In this document: one piece after another, positions 1-14,400 of the stretch
How the letters are laid out: each line of letters starts with the position of its first letter
Numbering within the stretch: the stretch's first letter is position 1
Assembly: GCA_964188305.1 (NCBI GenBank)
Contig: OZ076890.1
Length of the DNA: 64,000 nt
DNA from: Podarcis bocagei
Taxonomy: Eukaryota
Reading direction: 5' to 3' (one strand)
Position numbers and translations under genes: made by a program
The notes under the pieces: generated by a model
Seen by the model: the letters and a program-made list of their open reading frames with translations, nothing else
Told to the model about the DNA's origin: nothing
The model's database searches: none

Positions 1-520
1 CTGGATTTTCAATTTTATCCACTTTAAACTTTCAATTTTATGCAGCTATCAAACCTTATCTTCATTGTACTTAAAACTGAATCAGGTGGATCAATCCTAG
101 AAAAAGAATTAGGGCATTTAGTTGAAGGTACTGAAAGTCTCTTTAAAATACCCCATTATTACTCTGTGCACAACTAAACGCTGGCAGAAAAATTTTCAAG
201 GTTCATGAGTTCTGTAAATACATATGAAAACCTGTTGAATTTGTCCTTAATACTCTCAGTAAAGTCTTGTTCCATTTAAGGCGCTTTGTTCTAGATTATT
301 ACCATCTGGAGAGTGATATTAAAGCTTATTTTTGTCTGCTGAAACTTTAAAGACCACCAACCAATCATCACAGCTACATGGTAGCAGCTCAGTGTTAAGA
401 TAATGCTTCCATTGTAGAGATGTAGAGACAGTCCACAATGCTGGGTCCCAAGGCAAAAATAAAATGTAGTATCTCCATTTTGATCCTCAGATACCTTATC
501 ATTCAATAATCTGATTTAAT
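1..520 (-). mobile_element. Possible degenerate L1-clade LINE ORF2 fragment
   Basis: Short decayed motifs IRYLRIK (YLGI-like) and FQYLQL on minus strand. Confidence 0.3.
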
Positions 521-1814
521 TTTTAAAAGGGTCTTCACAAAGTGCATGCCTTCAGAGTTTAACATCCCTCAGGGACCAGAAGAAATACTCAATCTAGTTT
601 GTTATTAGCATTTGCATTTCTAAAGGATTAATTGTGCAAAGGCTTTACAGTAATCATTTCATCAACAATTGGACAAGGTCATTTTCTTGTCAAGTGAAGT
701 ACTTCTGCATGAGTGCATAAAACTGTAGAGGATAAGGTTAAAGCTTCCTAAAGGAATCTTAACATGTAGTTTCCACACTCCTTCAAGGATTAGATTTCTC
801 TTGCCCTAGAAGGCCACAAGGCACTTTGAAGAAGGCCTACTCTGCACTGAGATTCTGCAGTCCAGAACATTAAATTCGCTGACCACTTTGAGGAACCTCA
901 GTGTATTAATATTCTACAGTGAACATATTAACATGGGTGGCAATTTAATCAAAATCAAGGGAACTCGTTACCACAAAATACACTGGGGATTAGGGTGTTA
1001 ATTCCATTTCAGTCTTTTGGCAGCCCTAGTTATGGTGGTAAGGTAATTTAAAGTTGCTGCATCTAACCCTTCACTGCCTTCCCATTGCCAATTTTCATGT
1101 TGTTGCTTATGCTGGACAAGATTACATCACAGTGCTAGCTGGGCTCCATTGTCTTCAAATGGTTGACTCTACTATGGTCTCACAAAACACATTTTAATTA
1201 TCAATATATTTATTTTTTAAAAACACTGCCAGGTTCAATTGCCTTTTTGCATCTTTTTATCATCATATATAGCCCAGAACTCTTGTTTATAATTAGACTA
1301 TTATGATTATTTTAAATTGTTAATTCACTGCAACGCACATGAAGTTGGCTAAATGATTGTTAGGAAGTTATGTGGCAGGAACTCTAGATATAAAAGGTGT
1401 AGAATGGTATTTTAAACATCATGCTAGATAAAATAATGTGGCCCTATTGAAGTGTACAGCAGAATCGGATCATAAGGGAATGCTCTATTATATAATCAAA
1501 AATATATTGACAGAGAAAGAGACCACAATCGAGAAGGAGCAACCAAAAGAAATAAGTGACCTCATATATAATGGATAAAAAGCAGCACCTTTATAGTAAC
1601 AAGATGAAAACCCCACAGCAACCATTTAAAATGGCATTACTGAAACACTGCCATTAGGGATGCATGTTGAAAAACAACCAGCTGTCCTTGAGTATTTAAA
1701 AAGTAGCCACTGCTGATCATGGTCAGCAATGAAAAACCTGAGGTTGGACAATTCTCTTGCAGTTAGTGTCACTTGCTAAATATACACAGTAACAATAAAA
1801 CAGAGACATTTAGT

Positions 1815-3143
1815 CTAGCTTTTATATGAAGAATTTAATTATCTATACATGTAGCTAATTGTAAAGGCTGTATTACAGTTGTTAAAGCTGCAGGTTTCAT
1901 ATATTTATATATTTTACATTCATATCAATTAAAATACTGAAGTGCAATTGAATAAGGAACTTCACTTGTTCTTTGCACCACATGAATGAAGATAAAAGGA
2001 ATTCTACATCGCCAGCATGAAATTTAGAAATAGAAGAAATACATAAACAAAAAGAAAAATGTTAAAGTTATTAGTAGAGTTGCTATATTGTGCTTGAGGC
2101 ATAGGGCTTTTCTTCCTATGTGCTGGCCGCACCAGGCAAAAAAGAGCTTATAACTAATATTTAAAAGACAAACATAGCTTAAGAGTACAGCACAGCTACA
2201 TAAAATTTGACTATGAGCTCCATTTAATGTTACTTGTATAAATTCCACAGTCTAGTTTAAAAAATGTAAACATTGGAAATTAATTGCAGGAAGGTATTTC
2301 TATACATTCTTTTTGTCAAGATAAGATAATTACTTCCTCAAGGGATGCTGTTCCATAGTTATTAACGTAACAGTGATGATAAAACGTAACTTGAAAAAAG
2401 TCATGTTAATTCTGAAGAAACAGATAAATGTACTCTTTTGATTTTATACCAAAATGCCAAAAAAATAAAATCTGAGACACAGAACAAAAAGGTGCTTACT
2501 ATATGTAGTTACAAATAAGAGTGCAAAATATAACATAATGGGAATAACTGCATTATACATGTATATTCTTTCTTGCACATGGAAGGAAATTAATTTCTTA
2601 TCCATGATGAATTACACGCACAAACATTCACTACAAGAACATGTAACAATACAAGAAACAAAATACCTTAGTTGAACTTGTAATTGAGCACATTTTAATT
2701 TCCGTTAAACCAGACTAAATCCTGTTTTAGTAGTACACAAAAAGGAAAAAAAAGACAGACACCAACAACATTGGGACAAGTGAAAAAGCAAAAATACAAG
2801 TCTCAGATTTATGGACATTTGGAACAATTTTAATAGCACATGCAGCATTCCTTGATAGTGGGTCTTTTTGCAATAACAAAATTGCAATGACAAAATGCTT
2901 GTTTTTCTTTAAAAGGCTAAAATAGGCATTTAAAAATATTTCTACTACTGAAAGCACCTGTGCCAAGGTGGAGAAATAGGTGGGTAACTATGAAAGCCAC
3001 AAAAGGACCCACTATCCTGTGTGTTTTTTTGTCTTTTTGTAATTTTGCATCTATATCTGTAGATATTAAATAAAAACATTGCGATTACATGCAACTAATG
3101 TAAAATGAGGTAAACTGCTCTGCAGTGTGTTCTTCTACTCAGA
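1815..3143 (-). other. ITSN1: ITSN1-S terminal exon 3' UTR (visible part; 3' end approximate)
   Basis: AT-rich with no recognisable repeats; TCTGAGTAGAAGAAC...GCAGTTTACCTCATTTTAC...GTGGGTCCTTTTGTGGCTTTC matches my recollection of the mammalian ITSN1-S UTR. Confidence 0.75.
1834..1839 (-). terminator. Candidate ITSN1-S polyadenylation signal ATTAAA
   Basis: Upstream TGTA element(s) and downstream GT/T-rich tract (tgtctctgttttattgttactgtgt). Confidence 0.5.
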
Positions 3144-3355
3144 NNNNNNNNNNNNNNNNNNNNNNNNNNNNNNNNNNNNNNNNNNNNNNNNNNNNNNNNN
3201 NNNNNNNNNNNNNNNNNNNNNNNNNNNNNNNNNNNNNNNNNNNNNNNNNNNNNNNNNNNNNNNNNNNNNNNNNNNNNNNNNNNNNNNNNNNNNNNNNNNN
3301 NNNNNNNNNNNNNNNNNNNNNNNNNNNNNNNNNNNNNNNNNNNNNNNNNNNNNNN
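3144..3355. other. Assembly gap (212 N)
   Basis: Run of N. Confidence 1.
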
Positions 3356-3582
3356 GTAAACAGCATGGTGCAAAAATGATAAAGGTAACATGCTACAAGG
3401 GGGATGGAACTAAAAACCAACACAAGTTTAGGCTTGCAATATAGAAGGTCTTCAAAGAGAGTTAGGCAAATATATAGCAGTAGCCAAGCTTCTGCAAAAC
3501 ACAGCAGAATCACAGCAATGCTGCATGTTTCTTTTTTAAAAAATACTATGTAAGCAACTACTGAGATAAAATAGTCACTTAC

Positions 3583-3774
3583 ATTGCTGGCTCGGGTCCA
3601 TATCTGTTGTCAGTTTCACATAGTTGGATGGGAAGAGACCCACTTGCCCATTCACTTCTCCTTTCCACCAGTCTGGGTCTTCCTTATTAAGGACGTTAAT
3701 GATCTGGCCTTTGCTGAATGCTAATTCATCATCATTCTGTGCAATGTAGTCATACATACCAATTACTTGGCACA
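3583..3774 (-). CDS. ITSN1: ITSN1 exon 29 (SH3E), ends CAG CAA T|
   Basis: 192 nt, cag/gtaagt. Confidence 0.97.
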
Positions 3775-6700
3775 CTGTTAAGACAATAAACAACATTTGA
3801 AACTGATAATATCCATGTCTACATATTTTTGAAATAGTATGTTAGTGCTCCTAAAACATCTCCCCACTTAAGTCACTATTTTGTTACTACATAGAAGAAG
3901 AAGAGGAGGAGGAGTTTGGATTTGATATTCCACTTTATCACTACCCTAAGGAGTCTCAAAGTGGCTAACAATCTCCTTTTCCCTTCCTTCCCCACAAGAA
4001 ACACTCTGTGAGGTGAGTGAGGCTGAGAGACTTCAGAGAAGTGTGACTAGCCCAAGGTCACCCAGCAGCTGCATGTGGAGGATCAGGGAATCGAACCCAG
4101 TTCACCAGATTACGAGTCCACCACTCTTAACCACTACACCACACTGGCTCTGTGCTTTAAAAGAGGAAGCTAAGCTATCAGGTCACCAATTAAAAAGTCA
4201 ATTCCACCTCTCAGCTCACGAAAGGGGGTATAAGTGTACCCACTGACTTCACTCTAGCATGTCTCAGTTCTAAACTATGACAATCTCACCTAATTGCTAT
4301 TTTACTAGAGGCCAAAAATAGGGATATTGTTAACTCAAGTATTTTTGAAATGCTTAGCGAAATTGGGGAAATGTGGTGATGAATACACCATCCAGAAGAT
4401 CACCATAAAGAGAAATAATGTATTACAATGTGACTAACACAGCAACTTTAAATGACCATACTGAGCAGGCTGACTTCACCAGTCAAAGAATACAACAGAG
4501 TGTGGGAATATTTCAACATGTAGAAATTCCAGAGGAAATCATCATCAAACTGGATCAATACATTAAGATACTATCAGGGGTAAACATTCAAATTGATGGT
4601 TTCCATAGAGTGCTATGATAAAGGGGCTTGTATTCCATGTAGCATTAAGTAAGCATCCCGCTTGCACAATGATTTCCACTTGCACAATAGGACTTTCCCC
4701 TCCTCCACCCTTAAACCTTTCCTTTTTCCAACCCTCTGAAGCAGATTTGGGGGGAGAGTGCTGTACACACAGTGTAGGACAGGGTGGGATGTCCTGTTGC
4801 ATAAACATAAATCCTTTCACTGATAGGACAAAGGAGCTGGATACCACCCATAGTCTACAGCAGGGGTTGTCAACCTGGTTCCTGCTGCCCACTAGTGAGT
4901 GTTTCAAGATTATAGGTGTGCGGTAGGGGGTTCTACGGAACAAGCTGACTCCTCCTTCCATTGAGCACTGGTGGGTGGTAAGGAAATTTTACCATCAAGA
5001 AAGATGCATTAGTGGTCGGTAGGTATAAAAAGGTTGACTACCCCTGGTCTACAGAATGCTATCAAACAAAGTCTATATATATCTATGTACTTTAAAAATC
5101 ACTCTGCTTTGTTTATATGTTCTCTTGACTTAAAGAAGATTCTGACCTATACTCCTGTTTTAGATGTGAGTTGTGATAATGAATCTAACAATTCTTCAAC
5201 AGCATGCAAATGATGGTGTTAGATCGGTAGATAAGATACATTCTACATCTGCACCAAAATTACCATCATATGTACATTTATTTTTAATCACTAATTATTA
5301 TATTGAAAAACCATCTTACTCCCACTGTTGCACCTATCATTCTTTATGAAGAATTACAACTGGATATGAAGCCCAAATTTATTACAGAAACTATTTCCAT
5401 TTGGATGGATATTTCTCTCTCATCTTTCAACTAGCTTGGCTGAAAACAACACACAATAGTAGATTGTAAGCCATATGAACTTCTGTCCCCTGCAATGAAT
5501 AGTATATTTATTTAGGGTATTTATGTATCACCCATCACAATACACAGGGCAGTTTCCAACATGACTTAAACAAAATAATTATAAAATATACAATAAATCC
5601 ATTAAAATTAATAGATATTAGATAATGCACAAATTAAAATAGCGATTAAAACAGTGAGGTAACTCCCAGTGTAATAAAATAAAATACAGCACCATTTTAA
5701 AAGTACAAACTTTTATAAAGCTAGCACCAGGCAAGTAGGTGTTAGGAAGGAGATGTAGGACATTATTTCATCACCATCATCAATTTAAGTGATTTTCAAT
5801 CTATGTTTGATGGACTGATAAAAGAGTTTAGAAGCTTATAAAGGGCTCCTTAATGAGAAAAGTCAAGCATGGTGGACAAGCTTAACTGAAAGACAGCTTG
5901 GCTACAACTACCTATTTCAATCTGCAATGTAAGGCTGCAGGGGAGCATTAGGTATATTCTAGGGTACACTCTCCGGTCACACAGTGAGATAATGAGTCCC
6001 CAAAGCCTGTCCAGCACTCTTCTGCATTACCCTGGGGGTTTCACAGCTGAGATTCATGCAACCGTTAAATTTATACGAAAAAGGTCCTCTGAACATAGAA
6101 AGTTTGGAAACCTCCTGATCTAAAGCATAGGCAATAACAGGTAATCAAATGCTACAGTATTACTTACCTGAAGGTAACACTACTGCTTTAGATGGCTCGG
6201 TTGGTGTAGTTTTACTAGTACCAGGACTTAAGAGTTTCACATAGTTAGCAGGAAACCATCCTATCTGTCGTTTTTTCCCACGAGCCTAGTAAGAAAACAA
6301 TAGCTTAGCATTTTGACTATCAAAATTATCTTGGCGGGAGCAGCTCTGTCTGAATTCTGTATTTGAAATACAAAAAAACCAGTCACTCAACAGTGCAGTG
6401 CTCTGAACTTGTTCAAAGTTTAGAGTTTGGATCCAGGATGAACAGAAGCAATGTGCAGTGTTCAATGCCTCCCTGAAGCCCTCAATACATCACATAAGAA
6501 CAGCCTAATGGATCAGGTGAATGGCTCGTCTAGTACAGCATCCTGTTCTCACAGTGGCCAGGTAAATGCCTATGGGAAAGTTGTAAGAAGCAGAGGAGCA
6601 CTCTCCCATCTTGCAATTTCCAGCAACTGGTATTCAGGAGCATATAGCCTCCAACTGTGGAGATGGAGCATGCTGTTCTGGAGTGCCTACTGACCCACAG

Positions 6701-8386
6701 AAACAGCTTATTGGATGTGAAAGAGGCAGACTAGAAAGGGTGAGTCAGGAAAATGCCATTGCACAAATGGAACTCCACCCAGAGTTGTTTGGATCTAAGT
6801 TTATGGGTGGAATTCAACTTTGGAATTCATTTCAGGCAAGCAGAAATGAACTGACAGAACCATCTCCCCACAGAGCCAATTGCCGGGGGGACAAAGGGGG
6901 GAAACCATGTTGCACTAGCAGGAAACCATTAGTGCAACTGTTTAGTTGACTTTGGCCTTAGGCCTTTGAAAATAGTATATCAGATTATCAATACTGTACC
7001 CTAAAGTATGGCCCTCCTAATAAAGTTGACCTGATTTTCCATTAGTCATGGCTGTAAATGTAATGACATCTGTTGCTGTGTGGTAATTGGTTAAGTAGAT
7101 ATAGTTGCCTCATCAATACACTTCCTTTACTGCATTGCAAAAAGTGAATTACAGATCTGACAGTTTTGACATTATCAAGAAAAAATTTGCCAAGGACCTC
7201 TAGCCCCTAGTATGGACCATAGATTTCAAAAGCAACTCTTAATAGTTGAGGCAACAACTATCCATTTTGTCCCGTTTTGACTCTCATTATCATCCAGGAA
7301 GAAATAATTCTTAAATCATCACTCTCTTTACCGGTATAGCTCCTTTTAAACAGGAGGTTTTTATATACTTCCATTCTTTCTAAGTTTTAATGCCATTAAA
7401 CGTGTATGTGCAAAGCCTAATTAAGCAAAGGTATAAATACACAGCAACAGGCAAGCATGATTGCCATGGCCACAGCACCATAATCTCTTCAGTTTGAAGA
7501 GCGCTACTATCATTGCCTGTGATCTTTTCTTCAAGGGTTTAATTCATATAGAGTGAACTGCTGTGCCACCCTATTTAATAGTCTACCGTATTTTTCGCTC
7601 TATAACACGCACCTGACCATAACACGCACATCGTTTTTAGAGGAGGAAAACAAGGGAAAAAATATTCTGAATGAAACAGTGGACGTATCATTTTTGTGCT
7701 TCATGCTGTGGCCACAGACATGTGATCTGATGGTGAATTTGGGGTGACCCAATGCAAAAATCCTGAGAATCCCTGTGGATCCATGCTTTGTAACCACGTT
7801 TTTGCACCATTGCAGCCCCAGGCAACAGTGGGTGCGTGATTTTTTGGGGGGGGGCAGGCTGTAGCCATGGACATGCTATGTGCTCTGATGGTGAATTTTG
7901 GCTGACACAATGCAAAGATCCTGAGGATCCATGTGGATCCATGCTCTGTAACCACGTTTTTGCACCATTGCAGCCCCAGGCAACAGTGGGTGCGTGATTT
8001 TTTTTTTGAGGGGGACAGGCTGTAGCCATGGACATGCTATGTGCTCTGATGGTGAATTTTGGCTGACCCAATGCAAAGATCCTGAGGATCCATGTGGATC
8101 CATGCTTTGTAACCACGTTTTTGCACCATTGCAGCCCCAGGCAACAATGGGTGTGTGATTTTGGGGGGGCAGGCTGTAGCCATGGACATGCTGTGTGCTC
8201 TGATGGTGAATTTGGGGTGACCCAATGCAAAGATCCTGAGGATCCATGTGGATCCATGCTTTGTAACCACATTTTAAGTGGGGAGGGAAGGAAAAACACA
8301 GAAGGCTAAGAATGCAGGAGAGGGCTATAACGTGAGGAAAGGAAGGCAAAAGTTTCCCCCCACCCACCCACACAAGCCAGCCAGCG

Positions 8387-8429
<43 letters not shown>

Positions 8430-11400
8430 CCCCCCTCTCCCTCCCACCAGCATGACAGAAGAAAGCATTTTAACTGCATTAAGAACTATTTAGCAGCGAA
8501 ACCTAAGCTTTGCCATCCCTTAAGAGGTACAGACACTGTAATCTTCCAGATCGCATGAATTTACAGGCAAAACACTGTTTAAGGATTTCATCCTTTTAAA
8601 TGGAAGAAAGCATATTTGAATGCTGTGTGTCTCCAAAAACAAAAAGCAGGAAGTCAAACCTGTAATCTCTCTTCCCTTCACAAACATTGTTCCCTCCGGA
8701 GCAGGGAGAGGATAGAAGGAAGGACGCTCCTTTCCTTTCCTCTCTGCTTGCCTGGAGGGGAGGGGCTTTCCCTGCTCTTTGTTCCGTTTGAGCAAACACA
8801 GTAACGAAACAGAGAGGGTGGGCAGTAAGACCCTGAGGCAGAATGCAGGAAAGCCACAGCTTCCTCTCTCACGGAGCTCCCTTCTCCCTGAAGCGCGGTT
8901 TGATTTTTGCCTCATTTGTGCGCTGCATAACACGCACAGACATTTCCCCTTCCTTTTTAGGAGAAAAAATCTGCGTGTTATAGAGCGAAAAATACGGTAA
9001 ATGGGGCAGCATAGCAGTTCACTCCACACCAAGTTAAAAACTACATGCTATTTTTCTCATGAGTGATGGAATTGTTACCCCAAACCTAAAAAGGAAAAGA
9101 AGTGCCAGGAAGCTGTTGATGAAAAAAATGATTGGTTTGAAAAGATATCACTTTCATTTCAGGTTTAAAAAGAAATAAATAACAGCACCAGATAAATCTT
9201 TCATTTTATGTCTACAGTTTTTGTAGCTTTCATTCTCTTTATACGTAAGTAAAAGGTAAGAGCCAAAAATAGTCACTAACTTGAAGCTCTCCTTCCCACC
9301 ATCCACCAGGATTTTTCTTCCTGATAAGTATTAGCTGACCAGGAGCAAGCGTAAGCTGTTCAGGACCTGTTGCTATGTACGAAGCAATAACTTGAGCAAT
9401 TTCTGTTAATTCAAAAAGAAATTATTTTCATTAATCTGAAAATCACTTCCATTGTATTGTGTCTCCAATTGTTATAGTGTGGTTCTTGCCATTTCATCTA
9501 CAGATTGCAAATAAAGACACTTTTCAATATAGCTATCAGGGAGTTGCTGTTTTTTAAACAGCAAAATTAGACCACACCAGAAACAATTGAATGATATGAT
9601 GCAATGTAATCAGAACATTCTATTACACTAATTCAATTTATGCTTCCTCTTAAGCAAATCACTTGAAGGTCAGTTGTAATAGGAGCTGCAACAATGCAGT
9701 GCTGAGCTAAATGTAATGTCAGTCCTCAACACTGTGTTCTAGAAAGAAAGTCATGTGTCTCAAAGCTAATTATCAATTAGAGGAGAAAGAGTCAGGCACC
9801 CCATCTTACAAAATCTTCACATTTATATTTCATGCAGAAGTGCCTGTAAGTCATGCCACTGGTATGATATTAAAAAGCTGTAGGGCAAATGCACTTATTC
9901 TTTAAAATCCTTTGTATAGTTATATCTGTACAAAGAATTATTTTGCAAAAGTTAATTTTGTTTCTCAGAGCACGGCTTACCAGGTTTCTTGCCTAAGCTT
10001 CCTGTTTTTCCAGCTGTTCCAGGCACCTTTAAATAATAGAACAAACATAACTCACACTTCCATAGAGAACATTGCAAGCTGATTTGGAAATAGAGAAGTT
10101 TTCAAAACTGTAATATTGTAAGGTAAGATATTCTGCTGCTGAAAGTAAGTGGCAAAAGTCTCACAGGGTTCATGTAAGCCCTTGGGTAAACTACAAGTCC
10201 TTATTCCTGGGCTAAGTACAGAGCAAGGAAAATTGATGGTTAAACTTCATATATGGGAGCCCTTTTCTATTATTCCTATCTTAAATTACAACATCAGAGT
10301 TAGAGCTATGTATACGCTGATGAAGGAAAACAGAACCTGCGTTCTGGCAATCCGAACTGGGCACCAAGAAAGTTTGCAGACACGAGGGCAAATCTGCTTA
10401 ATTTAATTTGCATAATTTCATCTGGGTTCTTTTCACTTCGACTTTCAACAACAGCAATCGCACAAACAAATGACACAGCTACTATATTACATGCAGATAT
10501 AACATGTAAAAACACAAGCAATTTTACAGGATTGTCACACATTACAGTCTACATGAATGTGTAGGCAATTTGTAAATGTGTCAAGTCATATTCAGTAATT
10601 CTTAAAGTCAAACATAATACCACCTTGTGTTATACTGAAATCTAAATCCATTCTACTTTCAACTCTGCTTTATAAAATTAGCCCTCCACATGTGGCCCAC
10701 TAATTCTTTGTTTTTTAATAAAATGCATGCATATGTGTGCATTTTACCTCAGAGTCTTTGAGTCTAACATAGTTAGATGGAAATACTCCTGATTTATCGC
10801 CCAATGTTCCTGTCCACCAGTCTCCATCCTTCTTGGTCACAAGAATTAAATCCCCTTGCTGAAATGTTAAATCTCCTTGTTCAGAACTTTCGTAAGTGTA
10901 CATGGCAACATATTCTGGAGGGAGGAAATTTTTAGAAATGAGAAAGTACTCGTCAATCATGAGATATTGTTTTATGGGAAAGAGTGGTGTCCTAATGTCC
11001 AATAGAAAAAGGGTAATGTAATACAGGATACATTCTGCTCTCAAGTGCAGTGGTACCTTGGGTTAAGAACTTAATTCGTTCCGGAGGTCCGTTCTTAACC
11101 TGAAACTGTTCTTAACCTGAGGTACCATTTAGCTAATAGGGTCTCCTGTTGCCGCCGCACCGCCAGAGCACAATTTCTGTTCTCATCCTGAAGCAAAGTT
11201 CTTAACCCGAGGTACTATTTCTGGGTTAGAGTCTGTAACCTGAAGCATCTGTAACCTGAAGCGTCTGTAACCCAAGGTACCACTGTATTGAAATCCACCA
11301 GCTATTTCTGTTCTCACAAAATGACTTCAAGCCAGTGCAAGATGAAAACAAGACCTGAGGCTCATGAAGGCTCATAACAATGAATAATAGTTTGCCATAA

Positions 11401-14400
11401 TGTGCAAACTGTGCAATTTAGTTAACAAAACAATTGTTTTCCAGAAAATGTAACACAGGAAAGTTTGATGATACTGTTTATTTCACATAGTTTTGCTCTC
11501 AAACACCCAGTATTTAGGCAATAGTATCAACAACAACAACTTTATTATTTACATGCCACCCATCAGACTGGGTTGCCCTAGCCACTCTGGGCAACAAATC
11601 ATGGTATTTTCAGGGTTCTCCAGTTAAAACATTCTTACCTTCCCCTGAAACTGAAGATTTTGTAACTGGTGATGTTCTCTTCAGGTTAGCAGGACTCTCT
11701 GAAGACCCAGAATCCATGCTTAAAGAAACAAGTGTAAACATTTTATTGTCTAAATTAACATGGTTACAGAATATGAAAAGGGTACAGAGCACAATGATAA
11801 AAGTGGAAGTATTTCTTTTATAAACATTATTATAATTTTTATTTGCAATCTTAATAGTACTTCCACATTGTACAAAAGTTGTTAAGTCTTCATCAGTCCC
11901 CTCTAGGGATGGGTAATTTGAGGGTGTGAGACACTGCCTTGTCTGAGCATTTAACCCATCAAAGGAAGGTTCCAAGATGGGTCCCCGTTTATCTGCTTTA
12001 TAAATAAAAATAGTGCACTGCATGGGCCTCCAACAGCACAAAGCTCTGTGTGGTGAGGCTATTTTATTGATATGTTCCAAAATGTCCCTTTGTGGAATCT
12101 ACTTTATTAAGATTTCTGGAAAAACGTACTTAACTTTGTTTATTCCCCCCCCCTAAATACAATGATGTGCTCCACACAATTCTTGTTCTTTGTTTTATTT
12201 GTGTTGTGCTTATTAAGTTTCCAAAAACAACAGTTTTTTGAAGGTACTTAATACTTCTTCTGCCTCTCTTTTGTTAAAGGCACTCGGACCACCGTTCTAT
12301 ACATGCACATTAAAGAAAAACATTGCAAGGGCCTAAATAAAATTTTAGTGAGATTCTTTTCAAATGTTATTACTTACCAGGGCTTCTGTCCCTGCTTGCT
12401 GTGTTCACCAGCTCTGCCTACTCCTGTGCCAATCACACTTTCCCCACACCTGACCCCTCCCTTTACACCTCACCCACCCCTCTCGTCTCCCCCCCCCACA
12501 GTTTGCCCCCCTCTCTCCTTTCACAGCCCAGCTCAACCTCCACCCACTTTTAAAAGAGGGGAGTGCTTTACAGAGTGCCTTGCTAAACACTCTGTGAAGC
12601 ATCTCTGCCCCCCTCCTCTCTGCAGCTGAACTTAACACAGACTTTGTGTGTGCTTCACAGCACAGCTTACTATACTGCTTTGTGAAGCATCTCTTCCCAC
12701 AGTAAACACCTGCCACTAGTGCTGCTTCCTCACTCTCCTGCCTGCTGATTGTCACAATGGAGTTGGTGTAGCTGCCAATGAACTGCACATGAACTCCAGA
12801 ACATGATGGCAGCTTTAAATGTATAGAGGAAGAAAGGTCCTGTAATGTCTGACAAAATCAAATACCTTGTTGATTTCCTTATAGGACCTGAAATAAGCTT
12901 CACATAGGATTTAGGAAACCAGCCTTTTTGCCCTTGAACTTCTCCAAACCACCACATGTCTTGCTGTTCTAACACCGTGATAATATCATTCTTGTTAAAA
13001 TTAAGATGGTTGTCCTTTTTGGCTCTCCAAGGATACAGGGCCTGTGCTTGAAGTCCCTCCACTTTTTCACCCTGGTTAGATATATGAAGAGAACAGTAAT
13101 TTATGCAGTGTATTTCAGGAAACAAGAGTGGTTTATCATGATTTCTAAGCTCTTCCCATCTACTCCCTAAGAGTAAATTGTTTCTTGCATTTGCATGAAT
13201 TGTACACCACAACTCATTCTATCTGCAGCTCTACATTTATTTGCAAGTACTTAACACAAAAAGCTGTATTGTTTGTCATCAAGTTTGCTTGTATCAAGTT
13301 TTTATCTACACTGTCTGGAAGTGGCTTTCCAGGACTTCAGGCAGGAGCTATATCTACCCACAGCAGAGATGGCAACTGCTAGGCATGTGCTCTCCCACTG
13401 AACTACTCCTGGAAAGCACTGCTTTACTGAGAAGCTTATTTATATTTAACACACATGAAAACTATTTAATAAATTTAAAGGCTGACTTTAATGCATATAG
13501 CAAATGTACAAAATTATTTTGAGTTTGTGATTGTACCACTATGTTTACATGGTATCAGGGTAGCACTACTGTGTACACCAGAGCTTTCCAAACTTTTCAT
13601 GTTGGTGACACACTTTTGAGACATGCATCATTTCGCAACACAGTAACTCAGTTTAACTAGCAAACCAAAGGTTAAACTAACCCCTTTCCAGTCCCATGGA
13701 GAGTGTTCGCACAACACACCTACACACTTCAGCCAACACACTAATGTCTTGCGACACACAGTTTGGAAAGCTCTGGGGTACACTAATGACTGGAGAATCA
13801 GCAATACAGTCATACCTCTGGTTGCGAACGTGATCCGTGCAGAAGGCATGTTCGCAACCCGCAGTGTTCGCAGCCTGAAGCGCAGCGCCTGCACACGTGC
13901 ATAACGTGATTTGGCGTTTCTGCGCATGATGTCATTTTGCGCTTCTGCGCCGAAACCCGGAAGTAACCCATTCTGGTACTTCTGGGTTCGGCGCAGTCCG
14001 CAACCCGAAAACGCGCAACCCGCAGCGTTCATAACCCAAGGTATGACTGTACCTGAAATGTTAATCACACTTATCATTCCAACTCTACAATTATATGATT
14101 CTATGTCTATATATGCAAACTTGGGCTATTTTAGTCCCCCTCCCCATTTATTTGTGTGATAATCTTAGAAGAACTAACTCACTGACATATGCAGTACACA
14201 ACATTAAACATAACTTTAGGCTTACAACCACATAGTACTACTCCACTCCTGTTGTGAAATGACAACTCACCTGCCCCAAGACAGGAGAAGGAGATGATCC
14301 AGTAACAGTGGCTGGGGTGAAGGCAGATCTTTGCCTCAACTGCCCTGTACTAGGAACAGTAAGGGAAGGTTGTGCTGCCCAAGCATCCCAGTTATCAGTC

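Larger units (their letters stand above)
7586..8997. mobile_element. Non-autonomous Tc1/mariner-superfamily (Tc2-like) element, 1.4 kb
   Basis: Perfect 26-bp TIR CCGTATTTTTCGCTCTATAACACGCA, TA TSD on both sides. Confidence 0.9.

Noticed and set aside
1-1800. ITSN1-L-specific exon (WCSDLHLL...)
   Set aside because: No matching coding sequence seen; expected beyond the left edge
3095-3513. ORFs containing long X runs
   Set aside because: Artefacts of the N gap
7688-8373. Repetitive ORFs of 77-203 aa and a CRISPR-like periodicity
   Set aside because: Translation of a tandem repeat inside a transposon; there are no unique spacers, no cas genes, and the DNA is eukaryotic
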